Assembly (NCBI GenBank): GCA_043822785.1 | Contig: JBDRBN010000019.1 | Coordinates: forward strand, 1 to 47,678 | Source: Pseudomonadota bacterium | GTDB lineage: Bacteria; UBA10199; 2-02-FULL-44-16; JAAZCA01 | Direction of reading: 5' to 3' | DNA length: 47,678 nt | Shown here: one piece after another, positions 9,782-17,092 of the stretch | Layout of the letters: each line of letters starts with the position of its first letter | Position numbering within the stretch: position 1 is the stretch's first letter | Program-made: the position numbers and the translations under genes | Notes under the pieces: generated by a model | What the model was told of the DNA's origin: nothing | The model's input: the letters and a program-made list of their open reading frames with translations, nothing else | The model's database searches: none

Positions 9782-10852
9782 ATGAAAAACATCACTATAT
9801 TTTTCGTGTTGGTTGCTTTGGCTTTTTCAGCAGCCGAGTGTCTTGCCTTCAAGGCCACGGGTTTTTCAAATCCATTTGGCGTGACAGTGGATTCGAAAAC
9901 CAACTTCATCTACGTGTCCAATGTAAACGGAGCTCCAACTGTGCGCGATGACAATGGCTTTATCTCACGCCTAAAGGGCGATGGCACTGTCGATAATCTT
10001 AGGTTTATTGATGCCGCGTCAGATAAGGTTAATCTCGATGCTCCCAAAGGCATTGCCGTGCTCGAGGACAAGCTGTATGTTGCCGACATAGATAAGCTGC
10101 ATGTCTTTGACCTAAATTCAGGCAAGTTTCTCTTTGACGTGAACTTCGGAAACCTTCCTATTCAGCATTTCTATGACGTAATAGTAGGACCTGATGGATC
10201 GCTTTACATAGCTGACGGGCCAGGGAATTCGATCTACAAAGTCGATGTATCAAGACAGCATGAGGTTACAACCTTCATGTCAGGTGAGCTGTTGGGCCAG
10301 CCACATGGCATTACTTGGTTTTCTGGTAGACAGGTATTTGCTGTCGCCGGATGGAGTTCCGGCAAGGTCATCGCTTTTGACAGAGCCGGCAAACAGCAGA
10401 CCTTTCCTGCGATTTTGCTGCGTACGCTTGAGGGCATTGCTTCGGATGATTCAGGCAACATGTATGTTGCTAGTACAGGGCTTGGCGCTATATATCGAAT
10501 AGCTGCAAATTTTGGCCTTCATAGCTTTAAACTCGCCGTCAAATCACCGATGGGCATAGCCTACCAAAAATCCGGCAATCAAATCGTAACCGCCTATTTT
10601 GAAACAAGCGAAGTCGAATCGCTTCCTATTTCCCAAGAAGAACCAGGTACCCAAACAGCTGTAACCGATTATGTACAACCAGCGCCCAGGCCGACGATAG
10701 AAGAACAGCTGCCCGAAGAAACCCCACCCGAACAGAAAGAAGCCGAAGAGATGAAACCTGAAGAGACGAAATCTGAAAAGCAGCAAGATGAAAAGAAAGA
10801 AGATGAGAAGGCTAAGGAAGAAAAACCAGAGGAACAAGAAGAGGCTAAATAG
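9782..10852 (+). CDS. Secreted SMP-30/gluconolactonase/NHL-like beta-propeller protein with a Glu/Lys-rich tail
   Basis: Signal peptide; IYVSNVNG...DDNGFISRL, LDAPKGIAV, LYVADID repeats; charged C-terminus. Confidence 0.8.
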   Translation: MKNITIFFVLVALAFSAAECLAFKATGFSNPFGVTVDSKTNFIYVSNVNGAPTVRDDNGFISRLKGDGTVDNLRFIDAASDKVNLDAPKGIAVLEDKLYVADIDKLHVFDLNSGKFLFDVNFGNLPIQHFYDVIVGPDGSLYIADGPGNSIYKVDVSRQHEVTTFMSGELLGQPHGITWFSGRQVFAVAGWSSGKVIAFDRAGKQQTFPAILLRTLEGIASDDSGNMYVASTGLGAIYRIAANFGLHSFKLAVKSPMGIAYQKSGNQIVTAYFETSEVESLPISQEEPGTQTAVTDYVQPAPRPTIEEQLPEETPPEQKEAEEMKPEETKSEKQQDEKKEDEKAKEEKPEEQEEAK

Positions 10853-11990
10853 ATTCCATATTGCACAGACGCTTTTCTATGCATGAACTCTGCGTAACGT
10901 TAGAATCTAACTTTTTCCACACAGATGGTGTTTCCATACACAGATACACTTTGCGCTGTGGCAGTTTATTGCACAGCTTTTCCCACAGGGGTTTGTAGAA
11001 CTCCTCTCGTATAAATCTTGGGTAGCGCACTTTAGAGCCAACCGGTACTAGCTCGCCTGCAAAGATGCGGCTTTGGGGAAAGTTCTTTGCTGCATGCCCG
11101 GGAAGGGACGGCGGATAGCGCAAAAGTCCTAAACTCACCCACGCGATGGAGTTTACCGGAACCTCATCAAGCATGCGGTCTATGACCGTGCTGTATTGCG
11201 CCACATCCTGCGGCAGCGACCCTGAAAGAATCAATGGGTCAAAGTGAAATGCTACGCCAAAGCCTGCTTGAGCAGCTTTCTGCGCTGCCTCAAATCTTTC
11301 ATCGAGAGTGGCTGTGCCCCGTTCTTCTGACTCGATTATGGAAGGAGTGTTAAGGGACCATGCGATCACAGTTCTGTTGTGATGCTTTAGATGCAGCAGA
11401 TGATCGACAAATGATGTTTTTGTCTTCAGCTCTAAGATGGCGTTACGCTTTGAGGCAAAGTATGGAATGAGCACGCTCGCATAATCGATGATGGGATCCA
11501 AAGCTAGAGAGTCAGCTAGCTCGCCAGTGCCGATGCGGAAAAAGCGATCTTTATGTGAATTTAAGAAAGCAGTTACCTGTGCAAGGATCGCATCGAGGTT
11601 AACAAAAACCGTGGTAACAGGATTGTTGGATAAGTAGTCTTGCAAGATGCAATAGCTGCATTCCATGGGGCATCCGGAGACCAGGTCGAGCACCTTATAG
11701 CCGCAACACAGGTGGCCCTCGCTCATGCCCTGACATGGCTTAAACGCTTGACCCATATGAGCGGTGAGAATCATCTGGCGCTTGGCGTCTGCAAGATCGT
11801 GTGGCCTTTTCAATCGTTTTACATCATCGACGATATCGACTTCTACATCGGATAGACGATTTAAGATGCGAAGCGTTGTGGGATGATCTGCTACCTCACG
11901 ATCCACATACACATAGTCTGGCTTAAACGGAAGCAAAGCCTTTTTGGGGCGCATAGTACGATTTTTAGAGAGGCTTGAGACTATGGACAT
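10845..11990 (-). CDS. Spore photoproduct lyase (SPL)-family radical SAM protein
   Basis: CCGY, CPMECSYCILQ (CxxxCxxC), RIGTGELADS, LELKTK, AFHFDP, YLCME. The start overlaps the upstream stop (TAATG). Confidence 0.85.
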   Translation of the reverse strand: MSIVSSLSKNRTMRPKKALLPFKPDYVYVDREVADHPTTLRILNRLSDVEVDIVDDVKRLKRPHDLADAKRQMILTAHMGQAFKPCQGMSEGHLCCGYKVLDLVSGCPMECSYCILQDYLSNNPVTTVFVNLDAILAQVTAFLNSHKDRFFRIGTGELADSLALDPIIDYASVLIPYFASKRNAILELKTKTSFVDHLLHLKHHNRTVIAWSLNTPSIIESEERGTATLDERFEAAQKAAQAGFGVAFHFDPLILSGSLPQDVAQYSTVIDRMLDEVPVNSIAWVSLGLLRYPPSLPGHAAKNFPQSRIFAGELVPVGSKVRYPRFIREEFYKPLWEKLCNKLPQRKVYLCMETPSVWKKLDSNVTQSSCIEKRLCNMESI

Positions 11991-12961
11991 TATGCTTGAT
12001 ACCAGTCAAAGATCTGATGCCACTGCTGTTTTTTGAAGGCAGTCTGAATCTTGGTGATCAGATCATCGAGCTCTTCAGGATGCGAGAACTGGCATTCGAG
12101 CTTGATCTTTTCGCTTTCGAAATATGGATCAGTGACGACGCGCGCAGAATCAGGCAGCTCTAAAGATTCAATGAGCGAAGCCAGCTGGCGCTGACGCTCG
12201 GTGAGTTGAGGCAATTTTAACCCCTTGAGCGCTTGCCTTAATGCCTTAACCTTGTCGGTAGCAGATGTGTTTTGATCTGCCACAACTTGCATGAGCTGAT
12301 ACCTAGAGAGCACCTCTTCTACAGTGAGCCCATCGCGTGCTGCGATTTCGCGTATGAGGGTAAGAAGTTCATTGAGCTTACCAGTAGAGGGACGAATTCT
12401 TGTGAGCACCGGCAAAAGCTCTTGCTGGGTAGAAGGCGAAAATTCTGCAATGCGGCTGGCAGATGAGAGAGCAAGGTCGCTTCCGACCACGTAATTTTTA
12501 AGAGGCTCTGTAAGTTGCGAGAGCGACAGCAGCTGATGGAGCAGCTTGTAGCTTGGATCCATGCTAAGTATGGGCAGGTACTGCTTGACTAAATCTTCTT
12601 CTGATACAGAGTAAAACTGATTGAGTTTAGCAAGAGCCATGCTCTTTTCGATTATGTTGAGCTCTCTTGTGGCTGCATTGTCGTGCAAGTTCCACATGAA
12701 TGCCTGAGTGGGCGATAAATCATGTGGCTCATGCACTAATGCTGGCACCGACTGCCTGCCCAGGTCTTGCATGACGAGCACGCGCTTATATCCCGTGACA
12801 ATCTGGTAGGTGTTGTCTGCGGAGTGCCGCACGTTAATGGGCTGAATTATGCCGACTGCGCGAATAGAGCGCTTAAGCCCGCCAAGCTCTGGCGAGAAAG
12901 TGATGCGAAAGCTATCGTCGGCAACGTTGAGGTCTGTAAGTGATAGATATTGTAGTAGCAT
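11990..12961 (-). CDS. ParB/Srx N-terminal domain protein
   Basis: LKRSIRAVGIIQPINV..YQIVTGYKRV, N..RELNIIEK, followed by a helical C-terminal region. Confidence 0.8.
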   Translation of the reverse strand: MLLQYLSLTDLNVADDSFRITFSPELGGLKRSIRAVGIIQPINVRHSADNTYQIVTGYKRVLVMQDLGRQSVPALVHEPHDLSPTQAFMWNLHDNAATRELNIIEKSMALAKLNQFYSVSEEDLVKQYLPILSMDPSYKLLHQLLSLSQLTEPLKNYVVGSDLALSSASRIAEFSPSTQQELLPVLTRIRPSTGKLNELLTLIREIAARDGLTVEEVLSRYQLMQVVADQNTSATDKVKALRQALKGLKLPQLTERQRQLASLIESLELPDSARVVTDPYFESEKIKLECQFSHPEELDDLITKIQTAFKKQQWHQIFDWYQA

Positions 12962-13078
12962 GGCGGCGGATAATGAGGAAAACGGAAATGAAATGCAACA
13001 TTTATTTGAAAAAAATTGATTGCAGCAAAAGCAATTATGTTGCTAGTTTCCACTTGACACGCATTTGGAGTTATACCT

Positions 13079-13540
13079 GTGAATAGAGCAAATGCACATG
13101 AGATGTGGATGCGCCAGGCGCTAATCGAAGCGGGGAAAGCCGCTGATAAGAATGAGGTGCCCATTGGCGCAGTTGCAGTTTTTGGCGATGCAATCGTCGG
13201 CCGCGCGCACAACGTGCGCGAATCAACGCAAAATCCTATCGGCCACGCAGAGATATTGCTTATCCACGAACTTGCCAAAAATAGAAAGACATGGCGGCTT
13301 GATGAGATAACCATCTATGTCACTTGCGAGCCGTGCCTCATGTGTGCAGGCGCCATGCTTCAGGCGCGCATTCCCAGAGTTGTATATGGATGCGCTGATC
13401 CAAAGGCTGGAGCCATGGGATCATTATATGATGTGTCTAACGATCCAAGGATGAACCACAATATAGAAGTGGTGTCCGGAGTTCTGAGAAAAGAGTGCGG
13501 ACAGGTATTGAGCGATTTTTTCAGGCAACTTAGGCTGTGA
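13079..13540 (+). CDS. tadA: tRNA adenosine(34) deaminase
   Basis: EVPIGAV, HAE, EPCLMCAGAM, GCADPKAGA, LSDFFRQLR. Confidence 0.93.
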   Translation: MNRANAHEMWMRQALIEAGKAADKNEVPIGAVAVFGDAIVGRAHNVRESTQNPIGHAEILLIHELAKNRKTWRLDEITIYVTCEPCLMCAGAMLQARIPRVVYGCADPKAGAMGSLYDVSNDPRMNHNIEVVSGVLRKECGQVLSDFFRQLRL

Positions 13541-14843
13541 AGGACTTATTCAAAGTCCCAGGCAACAAGGTGGCAGCTGAAAGCAATGTAAAATTCATTG
13601 GATTCGTTGGGCAATCATTTGCGATTCCAATGCTTGGTATCGGTGCTATTTCAAGCTCTGCGTTGTATCTACGAGCTTTGTGGATGGGCGGCGGGATGCC
13701 AAAATAGTGCATGGCGATGATTAGATGCCGCACAGCCTTATATTTGTGCAAATGATTGCTTTCAGGCAAGGTTATATCGTCTGAAGGTAATGTTTCGTCC
13801 ATCATTGAAAAGCTTGCTTTTCTAAGCCAGTCCAGGTTGGTGTTGCTAGCAGCATTCAGAAACACATGGACAAATTTTCCAGGCCGTACAACCAAAAGCC
13901 CGGATAGAAGCATGTTAATAAAATCCTCTGCAGGCGGCGCCACCATCGTAACCTCGTCAGCAAAGGGCAATAGCGCAGCAAAGGGGATTACATCTTCAGC
14001 TCTGCCAACATAGCAGCTTGCGAAATGTCTTGGAAGCTCTCCTGCGCGGCCAAAACGGTTTTGCAGAGGTTTGGGATCTGGATCGATTGATATATACGTC
14101 CTATCGGTGTCAAACTCGTCATCATGCCATATGCCAAAAGGAACCTGCCCTCCGCCGAATTCTAAAAGGATATCCTCTTTACGATCGATCAAATTGGCGA
14201 GGTTGGATGAATACACGGATTTTTCATCAGACACTTCTGGCTTATGGGCTTCTCTCATAAGTCCACGGCGTATGAGGGGCTTAAATATCTTTTTATATAA
14301 TTCAGCATCTTCTCCAACGCGAAGTCTGAAACCAGCGTCGAGCAATGCTGAGCCGGCAAACCTTTCATAGCCAGCAACATTTCTCATAACCTCAAGCGCC
14401 TTTGCAGGATCGAGCAGTGCCATGAGACCATAGGCAAAATTGGCAACAGCATTAAAGGCGAGTGGTGGAGAAACACTAGGACGGACTAACATGGACCCGA
14501 GTGCCCTGCCTGGCTGCGGATGTATACTGGATAACCCATCTATAATTTTGTTCGGTAAGATTGTTGAGAGTTCTTGGGGCAGGTGAAGCCAATTTTCATC
14601 AAAAGCCCTCCATCTGTGCATGAACTCCCTTCTCAGGGTACCAGACAAATCAAGAGAAAAGGCTCGGGGGTCATCAATAGCTTTGTGTAGGTCTTTGGGT
14701 TCAACGCGCTGATATGCATTGGACGAGGTTGTGGCATTAGCGACTTCATGGGCCCAGGATCGGACTTCAGGAAAGCCGAGCAAACATCGCACTGTATAAA
14801 ATGGATCTGATTGTTCTACCTGTTGATGAACGATATTCGACAT
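13530..14843 (-). CDS. Orphan protein, possible class I SAM-methyltransferase-like C-terminal half
   Basis: 437-aa ORF; LLEFGGG, ISIDPDP, GRAED, ADEVTMVAPP and VVRPGKFVHV follow the order of Rossmann MTase motifs. Confidence 0.5.
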   Translation of the reverse strand: MSNIVHQQVEQSDPFYTVRCLLGFPEVRSWAHEVANATTSSNAYQRVEPKDLHKAIDDPRAFSLDLSGTLRREFMHRWRAFDENWLHLPQELSTILPNKIIDGLSSIHPQPGRALGSMLVRPSVSPPLAFNAVANFAYGLMALLDPAKALEVMRNVAGYERFAGSALLDAGFRLRVGEDAELYKKIFKPLIRRGLMREAHKPEVSDEKSVYSSNLANLIDRKEDILLEFGGGQVPFGIWHDDEFDTDRTYISIDPDPKPLQNRFGRAGELPRHFASCYVGRAEDVIPFAALLPFADEVTMVAPPAEDFINMLLSGLLVVRPGKFVHVFLNAASNTNLDWLRKASFSMMDETLPSDDITLPESNHLHKYKAVRHLIIAMHYFGIPPPIHKARRYNAELEIAPIPSIGIANDCPTNPMNFTLLSAATLLPGTLNKSFTA

Positions 14844-14905
14844 ATTCGGGCTCCCATAGCCTTACTCGCACTTCATTTCCAGCCCAAAACAAATGGGTCG
14901 TCCAC

Positions 14906-14932
14906 TTATCGCCACAAGGTGGAGAAAGTTGC
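14906..14932 (-). promoter_or_regulatory. Putative sigma28-like promoter GCAAC-N14-GGCGATAA
   Basis: Minus strand reads gcaac-tttctccaccttgt-ggcgataa upstream of ORF 13530..14843. Confidence 0.55.
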
Positions 14933-14998
14933 GTGAAAAATATCATTTGTAGTTGCGCTGGTTTGGGCTCTGTGGTGTATTTCCCGATCTCGCATGGG

Positions 14999-15091
14999 GC
15001 CCGCCGTCGCTCCTTACGGAGCTATGGCGGGCAACGTCTGCGTAATGATCAGCGCCGATGTCTGATCGTCGCTGATCATTACGCAGACGTT
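14999..15091 (+). repeat. REP-like unit (gcccgcc..gctatggcgggc) plus a 59-nt hairpin abutting tRNA-Ser(CGA), copy 1
   Basis: 22-bp perfect stem aacgtctgcgtaatgatcagcg / cgctgatcattacgcagacgtt at 15033-15091. Confidence 0.85.
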
Positions 15092-15180
15092 GGAGAGGTG
15101 CCAGAGTGGTCGATCGGGGCGGTCTCGAAAACCGTTGATCTTCTAACGGAGGTCCGTGGGTTCGAATCCCACCCTCTCCG
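15092..15180 (+). tRNA. tRNA-Ser(CGA)
   Basis: GGAGAGG acceptor stem, anticodon loop CT-CGA-AA, long variable arm, GGTTCGAATCC T-arm; CCA not encoded. Confidence 0.93.
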
Positions 15181-15257
15181 TAAGTCCATTTTGTGGACTT
15201 ACGGAGAGGGTGGCCTCGCCAAAGTCCCGAGTTTGTCGAGGGGCGAAGGCGGGCCAA

Positions 15258-15503
15258 ATGAACATGCATTACGTTTATATTTTGAAAAGTTCATCTGATA
15301 ATAGGTTATATGTAGGCCTGACGAATGACATCGAACGACAAATTAAGGAACACGAACAAGGAAAGGTCGAAGCAACAGTTAAAAGAAGACCTTTAAACCT
15401 CATTGCTTTTTTTGCATTTGAAAATAGACAAAGGGCCGAACAATTTGAAAGATATCTAAAAACCGGCTCTGGGAGGGCATTTCTTAGTAAACGGGTTCTA
15501 TAG
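15258..15503 (+). CDS. Small stand-alone GIY-YIG nuclease family protein
   Basis: (MN)MHYVYILKS...LYVGLTNDIERQIKEH...AEQFERYLKTGSGRAFL; start at 15258 or 15264. Confidence 0.9.
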   Translation: MNMHYVYILKSSSDNRLYVGLTNDIERQIKEHEQGKVEATVKRRPLNLIAFFAFENRQRAEQFERYLKTGSGRAFLSKRVL

Positions 15504-15576
15504 GGTTCGCCCGCCTGCGCAACCCGCCTACGCTAAAACTTCGGCGAGGCGCTTCGCGAATCCCTCCTCTCCGCCA
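15503..15576 (+). pseudogene. Duplicated tRNA-Ser 3' fragment interrupted in the T-loop by a REP-like insert
   Basis: gggttcg (15503-15509), insert containing cccgcctacgctaaaacttcggcgagg, then cgaatccctcctctccgcca (15557-15576). Confidence 0.7.
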
Positions 15577-15645
15577 AAATTAACTATTGGAAATTAATAA
15601 TTATAGGTTTATATATATGAAATATATCAACTTGGAGGAGAAAAT

Positions 15646-15804
15646 ATGAGAAAAGTACTTTTAATAATATTGTTTTTAGCTTCCATGTTCTATTTTTTCA
15701 ACGAGCGGTTCAATATCAAAACCGGCCGGGCAGGGGATGGCACATATCAGATGGTTGTCGTGGATACTGTCAAAGGCAGAACCTATCATGTGATGGGGAA
15801 GTAG
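15646..15804 (+). CDS. Small (52 aa) membrane or secreted peptide, possibly a truncated gene
   Basis: RBS ggagga, then MRKVLLIILFLASMFYFFNERFNIKTGRAGDGTYQMVVVDTVKGRTYHVMGK*; AT-rich upstream region. Confidence 0.5.
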   Translation: MRKVLLIILFLASMFYFFNERFNIKTGRAGDGTYQMVVVDTVKGRTYHVMGK

Positions 15805-15855
15805 GAGAACTCTTCGGAAATCCTACAGGTGCCTGAAATAGATTGGTTTTCTAAA

Positions 15856-15897
15856 TCTCGCCCGCTGTTGCTTCATTCGGAGCTATGGCGGGCGAGA
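15856..15897. repeat. REP-like hairpin (tctcgcccgc..gctatggcgggcgaga)
   Basis: Same gctatggcgggc core as at 15021 and 15943. Confidence 0.7.
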
Positions 15898-15926
15898 TTT
15901 GCCTAAGTTGTAGTCTGACAGTTTAC

Positions 15927-16013
15927 GCCCGCCTTTGCTAAAGCTATGGCGGGCAACGTCTGCGTAATGATCAGCGCCGACGCCTGATCGTCGCTGATCA
16001 TTACGCAGACGTT
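15927..16013 (+). repeat. REP-like unit plus a 59-nt hairpin abutting tRNA-Ser(GGA), copy 2
   Basis: 15955-16013 matches 15033-15091 except for 2 loop positions. Confidence 0.85.
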
Positions 16014-16101
16014 GGAGGGATGACCGAGCGGCCGAAGGTGCACGCCTGGAGAGCGTGTGTACCGCAAGGTACCGTGGGTTCGAATCCCACTCCCTCCGCC
16101 A
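16014..16101 (+). tRNA. tRNA-Ser(GGA)
   Basis: GGAGGGA acceptor stem, anticodon loop CT-GGA-GA, long variable arm, T-arm, encoded CCA. Confidence 0.95.
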
Positions 16102-16364
16102 AAGAAAATGGTCCCAAAATCGGGACCATTTTCTTTGGCGAGGATTTGGGTGAGAACCGCCCCCCAAAGGTCGTTGGGGGGCTGGTTCGCGGCTGAGGGC
16201 GGGGACCCATGAGCGAGCAAAGCGAGTCGAATGGGTGGCCGAGGTCATCCCGTAGCGCGACAGCGCGGAGGGAAACGTACAAAAGCTATAATAAAGTTTC
16301 CCCGCTTATGCGGGGAAACAAATAGCCTTAATCGTCAGAGCAAAGCGACAATCCCACTCCCTCT
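16102..16364 (+). repeat. Structured non-coding segment ending in a duplicate of the tRNA-Ser(GGA) 3' end
   Basis: Hairpin cgccaaagaaaatggtccc / gggaccattttctttggcg, several internal hairpins, and aatcccactccctc repeated at about 16350-16363. Confidence 0.7.
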
Positions 16365-16442
16365 AATACCTTTCACTGGACACGCGATGAAAAAACGATA
16401 TTAGATATGACATATGCCTAAGGACATGATGAAGGGGGTCTC

Positions 16443-16997
16443 ATGCAGGCATTGGGAAACATAAAATCCTTGTTCACACTTACCGCTGATTACCAACTGA
16501 ATCTTGCCAAGTGGTTTTTATTTTTGACCATTTTTTCAGCGTTGGGAATTGCTCTACCGTGTCTCTGCCATGAGTTTGGCGTTGCAGGCAAAGTGTTTTT
16601 GCCCATCCATTTTGCAGTGATGACAGCTGGCATGGTGATGGGCATGCGCGGCGGACTTATAGTTGGGCTCATAAGCCCTGTTCTCAGTTTCGCAATTTCA
16701 GGGGTGCCACCCGTTGCTTCGGTTTTTTACATGACAGTCGAGGTCACAACCTACGGAGTCGTAGCTGGATTTGTTCTGCACACGTTGCATAAGTCTGCAA
16801 TCGTTTCGCTCATCGTTTCGCTGTTAGCGGGCAGGCTGGTATCGCTTGTTATGGCAACGCTAATTTTGGGACGCGTGGGTTTTAGTCATCAGCTCTACAA
16901 ACTCTTCATCATCGCTCTTCCTGGTATTATCATTCAGCTCGCTCTGATTCCTCCGCTGTTGAAAGTGATATGCAGTCATCTGGGAAAAAAGGAGTAA
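16443..16997 (+). CDS. ECF transporter S component
   Basis: Multi-TM protein with LPCLCH, GKVFLPIHFAV, GLISPVLS..SGVPP, LPGIIIQLALIP. Confidence 0.85.
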   Translation: MQALGNIKSLFTLTADYQLNLAKWFLFLTIFSALGIALPCLCHEFGVAGKVFLPIHFAVMTAGMVMGMRGGLIVGLISPVLSFAISGVPPVASVFYMTVEVTTYGVVAGFVLHTLHKSAIVSLIVSLLAGRLVSLVMATLILGRVGFSHQLYKLFIIALPGIIIQLALIPPLLKVICSHLGKKE

Positions 16998-17092
16998 AAG
17001 AAGCGGAGCTTATATTCTGGCCAGCAAGGGCGAGCACTAAGTTCAAAATTCCAGGTACATGGCTGGTGTCTGTTAACGTGCCCGTCAATGCC

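Noticed and set aside
14999..16013. Duplicated 59-nt hairpins as a CRISPR array
   Set aside because: Only two copies about 920 nt apart, too long, and separated by genes.
14801..16282. ORFs 14801..15298, 14943..15269, 15883..16248, 15903..16220 and 16001..16282
   Set aside because: Shadow frames over tRNAs and hairpins.
16297..16320. gtttccccgcttatgcggggaaac resembles a type I-E CRISPR repeat
   Set aside because: Single copy, no spacers and no cas genes; treated as a hairpin.
16102..16442. Riboswitch upstream of the ECF S component
   Set aside because: No TPP, FMN, cobalamin, SAM or T-box consensus recognised by eye; the structure is better explained by the tRNA-linked element. An Rfam scan would settle it.
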